A DNA stretch of 64,000 nucleotides from the human T2T-CHM13v2.0 reference genome, Homo sapiens (GCF_009914755.1 NC_060926.1), one strand, 5' to 3'; positions 14,901 to 30,977 are shown, counted from the first letter of the stretch. Program-made: numbers and translations. The notes: generated from the sequence alone by a model not told the origin.

Positions 14901-17900
14901 GAGAGGGGGAAGAAAAAGGAGAAAAAAGAGTTCTGGGAACCCAGCAAAAAGAGAAAGGAAAAAGTAACATTTTACTTGAAGAATGTGTAATATAATCAAA
15001 TTATACATTTAAGTAAAGTTATAAACCTGTATGTGTGTATACAGTTTTTTAAAAATAGAAAAATTTAAACGTCAACTATTAGATTATGATTTAAAAAGCA
15101 CGCAACTGAATTAAGACCCAGGGGAAAGACAATATCATAAAGCACTACACTTTAGTCACTATGGTAACTTGCAAAGTATTTTTGCAGAGCTGTTCTCACA
15201 GCTCCCACACGTACAATCAAAACAAATATGCTAAACACTAAAATTTAAAGAGAATTGGTCATTTTATGTGTTGTATTAACACATTTAATAGTGTCATTGT
15301 ACATAATATAAAATTTATGTTAAATCCATATAATGTTATGCAGTCAAGGCCATCTATTTTTGTTTACTTTGATAACTGTGTTTCCAAAGGACTAATAGTA
15401 TAAAGAAAAATTTTTGATGGTGCAGTACAAAGTGATGAGAGAGACTACAAGCAAATATAATGTGCCCCATTCAAATATATGTATATGCATATGTGTATAT
15501 ACCTATTTGTATATACTACCGCTATAGTATATGCTACATTTGTATATAGTATCACCTTTTATAAATTATTTACATGAGCTAATTTCCATAACAGTACTAA
15601 AAGAATTAGCTACGTTATCCCCTTTAGAAGAAAATAATATGTAAATAAATAATATAGCATATTTACCACTATGAATTTTGTCTTTTCCTCCGTTTTGCCT
15701 TATCCATTCAATTTTATGTGTAAAAAAAAAATCACAGTAAATTTTGTTGAAAAGAAAAAGCAAATGGTGGGAGATGAAATTTTGAAAAAATTATTTTTCT
15801 ATCACTCTTAATGATTCAAATTTCACCAATATTTGAAATATGAAGCCCCAAAGCAACTGTGCAATCAAGTCTCCTAAAGTAGTAGGTGTTTTGGTAAATA
15901 TAGAAATAATTGATACTAGATTTTAAAGTACATTGAACGTTATTTCTCACCAGAGATCTCACTTCTATCCAACCAAATCTGCTATACCCTTCCAAAGTCC
16001 CTGCCTCATCCTGCAAATATTACATCCTCCTTTGAGGATCCTTCCCTGACTCTGTCCAGCAGAGGACTTTTTGGCTCTTCCCTTCTGTCCTTACCACTGG
16101 TACTATACTTAGGGGGTTGTATATTCTTCTCCCTGCTTGGTTGTGAGCAAACAGGGCAAAACCAAATTTCTGTACCTTTCGTGCCTGACTACATACATGC
16201 CTACCAACTACCCACTCACACATCACTTATTTCCCATTCTGTGCTCTTGCCCATGTTACCTCAATCTTTAATATTCTCACCCGTCTCGCTAATCTGTGTT
16301 TCCTGCAAACCTGACAGCATTTCCCTCTGATGACTTCTTATCTCTACAGTCCACTTATCCCCAGCATAGAGATTTATCTCCTCGTGTCTCTGCACTGCTT
16401 CCAATTGCTTTCTAATGACTCCACATGTGCAACCTTTGTATCCAAAGCAAGATCCTAAACAGAAACCGTGGGTGCTATTTTTTTAATTTCCAAATATGCT
16501 AGTACCAAACATAAGTAATTTAACCATCAATACTGGTTAAATTAAGGAACATATTTTTTCCCCTCTAGATTCTCATTGTATTGTCAAATATGTTATTAAT
16601 GTATAATTTTCTGATTTCTATTTAATGGATAGATTAGGGAGCATACACACAAAAACAATGACCTCAAAATACTTCTGGGAAAGTGGTGAAATGAGTCTCT
16701 CTTCATTTGCCTACAAGGACCCAAGTTCCTTCCTCCTACTAGAAACAGCTCTTGATGCTAATTGCTGCTCTTATACATATGGAATTAACATCTCTAACTG
16801 CCTGCAAGTATCTTTATACCCAAAGTTCCCTTAGAAACATAATGAGATGAGTGGAAATGGAAATAATACATGAGATCAGAAAAATAATAAAGTAGGTGAG
16901 CTGTGAATAAAGGATAAATAATCCAAGGCATAATTCTTATCTAGTCCTCAACAGAAACCCTCTGAGAGTTAGTTTCATATTTCCTGAGAATAGACGGAGG
17001 AGGGGGGGCATTACTTGAGAAGCAAGTGAAAGAAACATAAAATATATATGACTACCCATCATCAATAAAGAGTCATAATAAGGCTACCAAAACCAAACTG
17101 GAGAACAACAAAGGAATAAAAGTATTTTGAAGTTTGGTGCAGTCCGTTTATATAGACATTTTTCCCTTATGAATTTTCACAAAATCATCCATTCTTCAAA
17201 GCTAACCATGATTTGATCAAGACAATGAAAAATCTAAGATTATTTTTTGACATAGACATTTACATTTTTAAAAAAAGCTGAGTCCCAGTGTAACAATAAA
17301 TGCATAGCACACATGAGTAAAGAAAATGGCTATCGGATTGATATTCCCCCTTAAACATACGGCATTGACATCAAGAACTCACAACCACCCAGGCCACGAC
17401 CTAAGACCAGCTGTAATGTGAATCCACTAAAAAGTAGGGAAAATTCCTGTGTTGCATTAAACTTTAGTTTCTTTCCAGAGCTATTATTTTAACAGATACT
17501 CATTATACGTGTACTTCACTTCATTATCATTTTTTTCTCCGCAAGGTTAGTTCAAAGTGTAGGACCAAAACGTTATAGAAAGAGGTGGCATAAAGAGTAA
17601 AAGCTGCATTTCTAATTATCCCAGCTGAAGATCACTTTTCCATATGTTGATGTTCAAATGAGTCAGCACCCTAGTGGACTCTGATGTGTCTTAGATGGAC
17701 AGAAATACTCTAAATTTCATCATTGAAAATACAGATACGTTGAAATTTTATAATTCTGGATGAATAGTAATGGATATTAATCTTATTAATCCTATCTATT
17801 TGAGTACACACTGGTGGAAAATTTAAGAGCCAGAAAATTTTTAATATATTTCCAATGCTCCTGAAAGGAACTGGGTGGTTTTTATTCAAAATAGTGGGCT

Positions 17901-18098
17901 GGCAATATTTGCATAGAAGAACCAGCATTCCTACACAAAAGTTTAAAAATATAAAAGCACTGTGGCCAAAGCAAATATTTCTCACTTGAAGGAATAATGG
18001 AGTGATGGATTATGCGGATCAGTGGCCCAAAGATTCCAAATGTACTAGCTAATAACCACGTTTCTACTTCTCTATGGTACAAAACCTTGCATCTTTCA

Positions 18099-18581
<483 letters not shown>

Positions 18582-18609
18582 TTACCCTCTTGAAGAGGCA
18601 ACAACATGT

Positions 18610-18812
18610 AGGGACTTTGGAGTCAGACTGACCCAAGGTCAGATTCTGGCTCCATCATTCAAAGCCATGTGGGCCTGAGAAAGTCACTTAACTTCAGTTA
18701 AGCATTAGTTTCCCTATTAGAGAAAAGGAAATAATAAAAATTTGACTTGGACTGCTGCAAAATGCCCAACCCAATGCCTGACATACAAGGCACTCAATAA
18801 GTGGTAGCTGAT
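18610..18812 (+). mobile_element. MIR
   Basis: ggactttggagtcagac...aagtcacttaac...cactcaataagtggtagct. Confidence 0.8.
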
Positions 18813-19024
18813 AAAATTACTTTTCCAGTATGGCACTGACTGGAGAATAAGAGACCCTTTGACCTGAGTAATCTTGTAATTTGTCTTTTACCCACTTGTT
18901 AGGCTAGATCAGACGTGATGGCTGAATACAGGATGGCTAGAGAGAGGAGTTATTGCAGGTTTCTTCCAGCTGAGCCTCGATACCTCACTTTCCTCCCAAT
19001 ACAAACACGTGGTTCTTTCTTTTT

Positions 19025-19275
19025 CTCTGCTCAGAGGGCATCTTATTAACGAGGGCTTTCCTGAACACCTTACAAAAACGTCCTCCTTATTCTTTATATT
19101 TCTACATGGTACTTACATCATATGAACATTTTTCCATTTCTTTTTATTTGTAAACTGCCTGTCTCCTGCCACTAGAAAGCAAGCTCCCTAAGGGCAGGGA
19201 CTTCGTCTTATTCACAGCTCTGTTTCTTATAACCTGAGTGGCACACAGTAGATCAACAAATATTTATTAAATAAG
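19025..19275 (+). mobile_element. L2 3' end
   Basis: actagaaagcaagctccctaagggcagggact...tggcacacagtag..aaatattt. Confidence 0.8.
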
Positions 19276-22200
19276 TAATTTTCTCAAAATAATAAACTGT
19301 TTCCTGCCAGGCAGTGATCTGGAAACACCAGAAGGCTGGCACTTCTTCCAAAACTCCTAATGGATCTCATTCAAGGAGCAGGGGGGCCCTCTGTGCTGAC
19401 CTCCAAGCTGAAAATGACAATGGAGATTTTGAGAAATGTTTGTCTTTCTGATCTGTCAATGTACTGTTTATATCTCATTGTCATCCATATTTCCTTTTCT
19501 TGTCTCGGTAAATGCTATTATCTCTCTTAATGTCAAGCTCTTAGGTAAAAGCACTATGTCTATAACATTTTCTGCCACCACCAAGTTTTAGATACTTAGT
19601 ACATGCTGAGGGGTGATGATCTTTGCTATGTGGAAAGGATAGCATGCTCTTAATTTTGGCCTCAGAGACAATCTTTACATTCTAGAAATGATATAAAACA
19701 GATTGGGAGATACCAACTATGTCTTCTAGAGATATATGTTATTGAAAAAAATACAATAGAACATGCAGAAGTGATTCTGATTTTAAAATTTTAAACAGAA
19801 TTAAAAACAAGGTTTTACTTTTTTGTTACTGTTGCTTAAAAATTTTGTGCAAGTTTATCACGGTGACAATAAAACAATGAATAATGCCAGAATAGTTCAA
19901 GAAAAAGCAGAATTTTACCTGAGTTATTTAGAATAGTTGCTCCAAATTGCTATCTTCCTATGTATCATATTAAGTAATGAACTTTAAAATATTGATAGCC
20001 ATCAAAATACACACATCCAATGGACTTATCCTCAACTGAAGCATATTTCTCTAGCAAACGGTACCGTCACTGAAGTCAAAAATATGTGAACTGTAATTAT
20101 AACACTCACAAATTGTATACCACTTTAAATTAACTTTATTGAATTACAATTAAGAGACTATTGACCTTTCAGATGTTGAGTGCACTTGGTTTTAACTTTA
20201 AACAATCAACTGTAGGTCAGTCATTTCTTCAAGTCGATGTCCAGATTTTAAAGGATAATTGAAGATTCTGAATCACATACTCATAAGCTGATTAATTGTG
20301 ACTGACACAGTCTCTGCTGCTAAAGTCTGGATCAATGGCAAATTTACTCATATTACAAAATTTGCTCATGCAGTGGTTTCCTTTTGTTAAGTAGTATCCT
20401 TAAAAAAAAAAATCCCATACAATCTACACCAAAATGTCCTTTCTGGCTCAGAAAACAAGTAGTAAATATTTAATAGTCTTTTAAATATGTGTAACCCTTT
20501 ACAAAGTAAACTGTATTAAGTTGTAGGACTATACGCCTTAAGCCCTCATTGACCAACTCTAAACTGTGAGATCCAAATGTTGGCAGTCAAAAATCTCTCC
20601 TTTGCAGCTTCTCAAGGAACTGACCACTAGATAACCCAGAAAAAAAGTAAAACATAAAAGAATCCCCTTTTATATGATCAAATAGTAGAAACACCACCAT
20701 AATTACAGCAATAGAGCATTATTGACATGTAGTATGGATGCTTATAAGCGATAGCAATCATTTCTAATGAGAAATACAGTATAATATTGAATAGTTATAA
20801 AGATACACTTTCAATTTCATTTTCAATCTATGTTCATTAGCAACAGTGGAGGCTAAATCTTATTTAAGTAGAAATGAATTTCAATATGCAGAATGAATGA
20901 ATCCATTTATGCAGCAGGTGAAATTCCACGAGATAAACATATATTTATTCTAAGTAAGCAGAAAGCTACATATTACACTGTCTGGGTAGAAATACCTGAA
21001 ATTTCATGCGTTTGAGTGTCTTAATTCTTTTTTTATTTACAACAAAGTCACACACCCAAAATGCTATTTTAAAATCAAAGAAATCTGTTCTGAATCTCAT
21101 TTTACTATTTAATAGAGCAGCTGAAAAATGACTTAAAGATGTGGCCATATGGTGTGAAAATCCAGAATCAAGGAAAGAATGAGATACTGTAAACATGTAA
21201 AAAGCAATAAAAGGAGGCAACTCTAAGCTCAGTTAATGAAAAGCTGATGATGGAGACTGTCTTTTATTGATTACATTTGAGGACACTGACTCACTGGTGT
21301 TTTCCAAAACATAAATTCTGCATTTCAAGTGTTTGAGAGATTCAGCTAAGTCTCTTTCCCTCAGCCTGGAATTGTTTGCACAGAAAGACTCCATAGAATA
21401 AATTACTGAACCTTCCAGCACAGCTCAATTAACTGAATGAAGCCGGGAGAGAAAAGCTCCAATCTGGTAGCCACAGAACAGAACCTGGCATCGTTTTTGC
21501 TTAAAGAGTTTACAAGTAGATCATGGGGCATTTAAAAGACAGCCTGAATTTAAGAGTAAAGACAACAGGAAGAGGCATGAGGAGCTCCAACTCACACTTT
21601 TTCCCACTGGCGTTTCTGCAGGAAGTAAGTCAGGTGTTTGCATTCTCGAGTCATTTGATGTCTGTCTTTATGAGGAATTGTGATGTCTCTACCCTCTTTC
21701 CCCAGCCTCACACATAAGTTGAGCCAGACTTTCTGTTCCCTAGAAGTTCAGAACAGCTTTTTCCTTTAACTGTCCCTTATAAATGTAACTCAACTTGATG
21801 CAACAGAACCTGAAGTCACTTGATAAATGATTAAACCAACTATACCTAGAGAGTTATCTAGTTCTGACTCAACACCAGGGCTTGGAATTCAGCTATTGGT
21901 ACATTAATTTATTTAGCAAAGGTTTTCTGAGACCAGGTATTGGAATTACCAAGTGGAATAAAACAGCCCTGTTCTCAAAGATCTCAGTCTAGTGAGAAAA
22001 ACACCCTGGCAAACAAAAGTTATAATAAATGAGTTAAATACCCCAGCCAAAGTGCATAAAGTTTTCAGAAGGAGCTTCCAAATTGGGAAAGTGCTACAGG
22101 TTCTGTGGAGGTACAGTTCACCTACGTCCTCAGAGCAATTTTAGATTTCACTTCATGGGACACATGAGGATGAGCTCAAGGCATCTGAGACATTTCCCTC

Positions 22201-23874
22201 ACTTCCTTGAAAGAGTAGCATGACCCTTCTTCTCATCCATCCCTTCCTCTTCATTCCACCACGTGAGCGGCACAGAGAGATCAGAAGGGCCCTGAGGTTG
22301 ACTTTCAGAACAAGAAAGTTAGACTCTCTCTCCCCTTGGTTCTCCCAAACCACTTGGTGACAAGACAACAATGAGCAGGAATCATGCTAACAATCTTATG
22401 GATTGCTTACACGTCAACTACTGACTGTTGCCCTCAACCATACATGATCCCACAGCCAAATAAGTCAATAGCTGTGGAAGTCGGGAAAACCACAATGTAA
22501 ATGCTGAAAGCCCCACATTGTACCAATGGCGTTTTCTTACAAATAGATGACATCCTCATCAGTAGCAAGTGTTGAAAACACAAGGAATGCCTGAAGAATG
22601 GGAGGGGGGTGAGTCTGTGAGGAAATCTTGTGGAAAGAAGAGAGATATTTGTAACAGCTGAAAGGAAATCCTGACACACCAGCCTCCAAAATCACTAGGC
22701 CGCCTTTCAGCCCAGGGTTCCCTCCTGCCTGGGGAATTTGGCCCCTTTCCAATGGCAGTGCCCTCATGTGCTACGCTGAAAATAAAACAAAGGATGCCAT
22801 TCATCATATTTTTCAACAACTGGTTTCTTTTCTTAGTTTGAAAGAAAAACTTGGCAATCGTAAAGCTGAGTTTTTTATTTTTATATATTTTCTTCTTCGT
22901 GTCAAAATAAACTGGAAAAGAAAAAAAATAGCCCAATGGTAAGAAAAGGAAAATACACAAAATCCTTCAGAGCTTAGTTGGCCACACACTGCCACTCGAC
23001 TGACACCAAACCGTGGAATGCATCTCTCTCAAGTTCTCCCAGCCCAAAGAGCCGGCTGCCTTCTGCTTCTGTAGATGTGGCTACTTAGAGAAATTCAAAT
23101 AGGCTCCCAGTGTTAACTATGCTGCATATTTACTTTAATCAAAGTGACATTTCCCAGATGGTGTCATCCAGAAAACCTCATCCGAAGTGAAGAGTACAAG
23201 AGAATTTAGCAGCTCATTCCAGGGAAAATTGAACACAGGTGCTCTCCCATTTTAAGATGACTCAGTTTACAAAAATATAAAACTATGTAACAGATACCCT
23301 TTTGGCATGAATATCCCAGCCCCATAGATATCTGGTACCTGAAATTGGTACCAGGCAATCCATATGAAGGTGTGAATGTATAAATGATAACATCTCTACA
23401 TTATCAGCTGCACAACCCTAATACTCTTGGGTGTTAATTCTGAGCCTGAATGTTTTGCCATTCCCAGACCCTTCCTTTGCTGAGCAGAAGGAAAGGTGAG
23501 AAAGAAAGTGCTTGAGGCAAGAAGCTGCTCTAAGGTGCCTCTGAAAATTAGTAGATCTAAATGCATTATTCACTGAATACCCAGAGTTTCCATGCTGTAG
23601 GTAAAACAGACAGCTTCCTCCATGGAGGTTACAGGATAATCACTTTTAATCACAGTATAATAAAACACTGTGATTATATAATAATCACAGTATAATCACT
23701 TTAGTAATTAGTTAATTGTGATGTGAGCTAGGAAAGAAAGGACAGGCATAACGGAGCATGTAACCTACCCTGGTGATCTTAGGAGACTTTTCTGAGGAAA
23801 TGACATTGTCACTCTAGGAACTGGAGAGCAAAGGGTAAAAGAATAGACTTCAGAAAGGACAAACCTATACAGAA

Positions 23875-24040
23875 ACCTGGTCCTGAAACTTACAAGATAT
23901 ATGACCTCAAGGAAGTTACTTAACTTCTCTGAGCCTCCGTTTCTGTACCTGTAGAGTGGGAATAATATTGCTCTCAGAGGGCTGTTGTGAGAATTAAATA
24001 AAGTAATAGATGTGCCAAATGCTTGGCATGTACTCAGCAC
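23875..24040 (+). mobile_element. MIR
   Basis: aagttacttaacttctctgagcctccgtttctgtacctgta...gttgtgagaattaaat. Confidence 0.85.
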
Positions 24041-24999
24041 ACGGCCAGGTCCAGGTCCTGTGAAGCTGGAAGCTTACACCATTTTGAGTACCATCATTAA
24101 AAAATAACCCAAAAATAGGTTTGTAAGTGAATTTAGAATGAGAAAATAAATTACAACAAACTATACATTTTTTAACTACAATTATTGTGAATTCCAGAAA
24201 AATAACATATACTTATTATCTGTATAGTGCTATACATGTTTTCCACATTTTTATGGCTACTCTTTTGTCACCTATGCAAATGATAGTAATCTGTCATTTT
24301 ATATGAACAGAATATAAAATAACTCATTCCTTTATTTAGAATGGTTGACAGAAATGTGTTTTTAATCATTAATGTTTGGGATACAACTTTCCCAACAGGC
24401 AAATTCCCATGGGACATACTTGTTCTTGATAGCTATATCACAGATTTGTTCCTCTAGAAACAGAAATTCTGATCAATTCTGTTTCCTATGATTATCACAA
24501 AAAATGAAATAATCTGGTGTCCTTATAATTGTATATACTACATCAACATATACATAAGTGCAGCTACAGCTTCTGTATTGGATGGACATTATTAAAAACC
24601 ACATCCTTTGCTTACAACCTTGTGCTGCCAATAACTAGAAAGATTTTGCACAGATTAGCTTCTGGCTCCATAGCTTTTGATCCTCGTTTTTCCTCCACTT
24701 CTTACATACTTCTGATGCTGGGCACCAGAGGACACACTCACCTGTGATGGTCCTCTGGCCCTGCTTTGTGAGTCACAGCACTGAGTGAGCCATCACAGAG
24801 GGCAAGAGGAGTACTCCTGGGAGCCGTTCCTGCACTGGAAGAGCTGGTAATGACTTCACTAGACACGGATGTGACTATGAACCACACAAATATTCACAAC
24901 TCAACTTCTCCTTTATTTGAGTCCAAAAATGTCCAGAGCCACTCCCAGAACCAGCCATATAACTCACGGGGCCCAGTGCAAAATGAAAATATGGGTCCC

Positions 25000-25297
25000 T
25001 GCTGGGGGTAGTGGCTCACGCCTCTAATCTCAGCACTTTGGGAGGCCCAAGCAGGTAGATTTCTTGAGCTCAGGAGTTGGAGACCAGCCTGGGCAACATG
25101 GTGAGACTCCGTCTCTATCAAAAATAAAAAGTAAAAAAAATAGCCAGGTGTGTGGTGGTACTTGCCTGTGGTCCCACCTACTCTGGAGGCTGAGGTGGGA
25201 GGATCACTTGAGCCTGGGGATGGAGGTTGCAGTGAGCCAAGATCACGCCACTGCACTCCAGCCTGGGTAACAGAGTGACAATGTGTCTCAAAAAAAA
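25000..25297 (+). mobile_element. AluJ
   Basis: Full Alu with gaggtgggaggatcacttgagcc. Confidence 0.94.
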
Positions 25298-25303
25298 GGA
25301 ATA

Positions 25304-25587
25304 GGCCGGGCACGGTGGCTCACGCCTGTAATCCCAGCACTTTGTGGGGCTGAGGCAGGCGGATCACAAGGTCAGGAGACTGAGACCACCGTGAAACCCC
25401 GTCTGTATTAAAAATACAAAAAATTAGCCAGGCGTAGCGCCGGGTGCCTGTAGTCCCAGCTATTCAGGAGGCTGAGGCAGGAGAATGGCATGAACCCAGA
25501 AGGCGGAGCTTGCAGTGAGCCGAGATCGCGCCACTGCACTCCAGCCTGGGCGACAGAGCGAGACTCCATCTCAAAAAAAAAAAAAAA
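25304..25587 (+). mobile_element. AluY-type with 12-bp left-arm deletion, inserted in the tail of the preceding Alu
   Basis: gagaccaccgtgaaacccc; gagaatggcatgaaccc..gagcttgcagtg. TSD aaaaaaggaata. Confidence 0.94.
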
Positions 25588-26572
25588 GGAATAAGAAAAA
25601 AATTATTCAGAATTTCCTGACAGTAACAGCAGAACATTGAACCAAGCATAGGACCCTGTGCTATTGCACAGGTTGCAAGCTCATGAAGCCAATACTAGCT
25701 GCTCCGCTGCCACTCATCATGAAAGGACATATAACAAAGAAATAGAGGTGGGAAGAGACAGCAGTTTCAACAGATTGTGCCTAAAATATCTAACTTGTGT
25801 ACATTTTTCGAAATCATACAACCATGTAAGCATATTACTAGGGCCTGTGAACATATTACCCAGGACTTACTAGGTCTCCATACAAGTGAGGGCACCTACA
25901 TCTTATGTATCACTAGGATAATGATAAATCTGCTCCTGCTGAAATGCAGTAGGAGCTCAATAAATATTTATGAATGAAGCTTCATCCTCAGGGACTTTAC
26001 AGTCTAGCCAGCAAAACAAACAACATCAATAAAACCCTGTAACAAGTCAATGTGTCAAGTCCATAAACTAAAATTGCATAAAATGTAGGGATGTGAATTA
26101 AAAGTAAAAGAAATGACCAGGTGACTCTGCATGGTTAGCCAGCCAGGAGTTCTGGAGCACTGGCTGCACAATCCACATCCATCCTGGTTCTAGCAGCAGT
26201 GTTGGCCTCACCTGGTGGCAATTTTCCTCCCTGATTTAAATACTGATGGGGACTACTCTGGGTCCTATGGCTGACTTGGCTATTTCAAGATAGTGGGAGT
26301 GATTTCAGGCATCTCCCAATGAGTTGGAGCAAGTCTGTGGCCCAACTCAGAGAAATTCATCTGGGAGAAATCTGGCGATGTGCAGTTCATCCTCCACTTC
26401 CCCACCTGATGAGAGAGGGTTGTGCCTAGCAGCACAAAATGCACAGTCCTACAGAGGAGGCGCTGACAGTCCAGGGGAGGAAGTCACAAAACTAGAAGCT
26501 AATAGTTCTTTCAGGTACAAAAAGGAATAAATGGGCAAGAACTCAGAATATGATAATAGAGTAAAAGACAGA

Positions 26573-26847
<275 letters not shown>

Positions 26848-27076
26848 GACCTGGAAGAAATTTTAAATGAGGAAAGAGTACAGAAGTATTGGAGAGAGGC
26901 CTAAGATCTGGAAGAAGTCTCAGGATCCTGAGTGGACCATCCTATAAAACTGCCATAGAGGGGTGAGTCAACTAACTGGATGTACAATTTCGAACTGGAA
27001 CACAACAAACTAGAGGTGAAGGCCCATCAGGCCTAGGAAGAGAGGCCTGGAGATCTGAGAATGTGGGTCCAAGGTT

Positions 27077-27399
27077 ATTGTTTTGTTTTGTTTTGGTTTG
27101 GTTTGGTTTGGTTTGGTTTGTTGAGACAGGGTCTCACTCTGTCACCGAGGATAGAATGGCAAAATTATGTCTCACTGCAGCCTTGATCTCTCAGGCTCAA
27201 ACGATCCTCACTTCTCAGCCTCCTGAGTAGCTGGGACTACAAGCGTGTATCACCACGCCTGGCTAATTTTTTATTTTTAGTAGAGACAAAGGCTCACTAT
27301 GTTGCCCAGGCTGGTCTTGAACTCCTGAGCTCAAGTGATCTTCCTGCCTGGGCCTCCTGAATTGCTGGGATTACAGGCATGAGCCACCATGCCCAGCCC
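27077..27399 (-). mobile_element. AluJ with (GTTTT)/(GTTTG)n tail
   Basis: gagacagggtctcactctgtc...gagccaccatgcccagcc. Confidence 0.94.
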
Positions 27400-28952
27400 A
27401 AGGGGTACTGTTTAGGGTTAGGGCAGTGGTATAAACCTACAGGTATGGGATATGGTAGGAGGAGGTTCCTGGTTGACCCAATAGGCTAAGAGCACTTAGG
27501 GAATTTTATTACTTTAGTCACCTGCTCCAGAGGGTTGTTGTGAAAATCATGTAATAACTAATACTTAGTTGGTACTCAGTAAAAGATAGCTACAAATAAT
27601 GATGCCAAAAGGGTTCACTCAAGACTTCTTTTCCCATATCTTGCTATTTTATCTTCCTTTTATCTTTGTGAAATAACAAAGTGGATATCATGAAGATGAA
27701 CTACTAAAAAGAATTTTGGGATAGACACAGATTAATATTAATCAGTTACCGAAAATCCTTTATACGTACTAGAAACAATATAGTTTTGTAACAATGGATC
27801 CTAGCTAAACTACATCCATATAATTACTTTTTTCAAAGCAGTTAGTCTTCATGGAGATACAGGTACCTAAGAAGTTAGGAAACTGACTGGCTTCAGACGG
27901 GGCTTCCTGAGAAAAAGTTGATAGCGTGGTACCCAGAGGTTTGGGAAAGGCGTTTGGCTGGGGGCCTACCGCCAGATAAAAAGCATTATCTACATGGCAG
28001 GTAAAGATGGCTACACAAGGAAAGACAAGTAACTATTATAAGATTCAAAAGACTTTACTTATTTAAATTATATAATTACATTAGTTTACATTTTAAATGA
28101 TGGAATATGCTACTACGCAAAAGACATCCTTTGGAAAACCTGGCCCAATGCTTTCCATGGCATTTCCCACCCTCACCTCAAGTCAACACTCAGACTCCCT
28201 ACTGGTGGAAAAAATAGCACGAATTCCAAAAGGAAACTGCGAATTTGACAAGAAGAAGACAGTGAGATAAGAGAATAATGTGCGAATGAGAAGAAAAGGA
28301 GAGTAACCATGCGTGGGCTGTTTGTGTTAGGAGCTATGTTCACAAAGAGTATTTTCTGCCTTCTCCTTTCCCTCTCCATTTCCCCCAGTCCCATTGGGTC
28401 TGCTGATGTTTGTTTCTGACAGAAGCCAGTCTGAACCCAATCAGGAAAACAGAAACCACACTAAGCATTTCAAAAGAGATCACAAAAAAAATTGTCAACA
28501 GTTGTTGAACTTAAAAAGCAAAACAGAGAACAAGGGATCACAGAGCTGTAACTGCAGGCAGCACCACTCACTACAGCAGGGGTCCTCAGAGCCTAGAAGC
28601 TGAAAGGAGAGGCCCTGCAGAGCTGGGGCTCAGGCGTCTGAGGAAGGTGGCACTGCCCAGCTGATGCTGGGGCTTCTGAGGAGTGCAACAAGGCAAGCTC
28701 TGACAAGTGTTGGGGGGTGGGGAGAAAGAACAGCTGGAGCCTGGAACTAAGAGCCACTGTCAAGGTGAAGAGTCACTGCTGAAGTGGGGCTTCTAGAAAC
28801 AGGAGGTCAAAAGGAAGGAGCAATCCCTCACCATCCTCCACCCCTGCAGCCTCCTCAGTCCAGGACCCCATATTGGCAGAGCCTAATAGGGAACTGGCTG
28901 GCAAAGAAGAAATGTGGTTTGCAGAGTCCCAGGATCAGAAAGTAGAGTATGG

Positions 28953-29568
<616 letters not shown>

Positions 29569-30977
29569 TATATGGAAGGATGAATGCGGAGCTGAGAGAT
29601 AATAGGTTAACACCCACACTAAAAATGTAGAAAGAAATTAGTCCCATGTTTAGGTCTGTATCTCACATCTTAACTCACAATACACTAACTTGCCTCACAA
29701 TACTGCAAATAGGAACAAAAGAAGTGGCACAGTAATCCAAAGGCAGTCTGAGTTCAACCAGAGCCCTGCTCACCAGGACATTTTATTACACATTGGAGAA
29801 GCATTCTAAGAGATTGCTGAGGGTGTTCTAATTGTTTTATCTATGAAAAATGGGCTCCTTGGAGGCCATGTGCAGGCTCGCTTAAAACAATAAGCTTTCC
29901 TAACCCCCCAAGCACAACATACTTCGGGAGCACGGTCTGGATGCTTATCAAACAAGTTCCTGGGCTGTTCTCTGAAGTTTCTGGGCAAGTACAAACAACA
30001 GAGTCAAATAAATGCCTTTAAAAGCAAGGCAGTGGAGCACGTACCCTGTCAGTGAGATCCTCACATTCCCACAGAATAAACAGTAACATGAGAATATTTA
30101 TACGAAACAAAACTGTATATCAAGCCTGCTTTGGCTCAGCCAGGGGGAATGATAAATTCCTTGCAGATCTCTCACAGAGTGGTCCTTTGTTGACCACGGA
30201 CGCCACTTCCAAGACAGTACAAACCAATTACAGAGCAAGGCTTTTCATTATGTCAAGAAATGAAAATATTACCTCCCTTTTGTTTTATTTCAGTTATATT
30301 TTCCTTACTCCCCTCTCCCAATGTTTAAATACTTTTAATTTATCGTGAGTCAAGCCCCAATTTAGGCTGGAAACCAATGACAACTCCCCCTCTCCCCTGC
30401 ACCCCACACACAAAACCTTATCACCTCATAGCCTAGCTTGTTGCTTTCCTTATCCCTCTTTTAAGAAACTAAAAGTTAAAGTTTAAAGTTGGGTAGAATA
30501 AAAACACAAAGGGGCTGATAGAAAGTAAAGTCTATTTGTTCACATCAATTTTGGCCTCTTCACAGTTGGTGAAAGGAGGGAGGGTAAATATGAACTATGA
30601 AGCACATATTCCATACATTGTCCACCTTGTAGTAAGATTTAAAAAACAAATACTGATGAAACATTGGCACAAACTGTAGGGCTGCTTCTAAGAGGCCAAT
30701 CTGAGAAAAGCTGCGTATGGGTCGGGGTATTTGTTAGCTCATTCTGTCAGGTCTTCTCAAGCCAATGGGATCGTCCTTCTTAGTTATTATAGATGCATCC
30801 CAGTGACTTATGCCAGTTCCTGCAGAGGAAGAGCTGGTGATAGTGTACCCATCCACCAGAACACCTTCTGCAATTTACAGCTGGTTCAGATTTTCTAAAA
30901 GGCAGAAGGGGAACAGAGAAAGAAAAGACAAATTCAAATATGAATGAGAAGTAAGAGGTGTGTCTGTGCTTGTTTTA

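Larger units (their letters stand above)
24043..25697 (-). mobile_element. MER45B-like hAT-Tip100 element interrupted by two Alus
   Basis: ccaggtcctgtgaagctggaagcttacac at the left end, ggggcccagtgcaaaatgaaaat internally, tgcacaggttgcaagctcatgaagcc at the right end. Confidence 0.7.

Noticed and set aside
22434-22995. Cluster of minus-strand ORFs as possible lost FTCDNL1 exons
   Set aside because: No resemblance to formiminotransferase-like sequence, and the composition is low-complexity F/K-rich.
26200-26222. CTCF-like gccaccaggtgaggcc on the minus strand
   Set aside because: Mismatched in the 3' core; not supportable without ChIP data.
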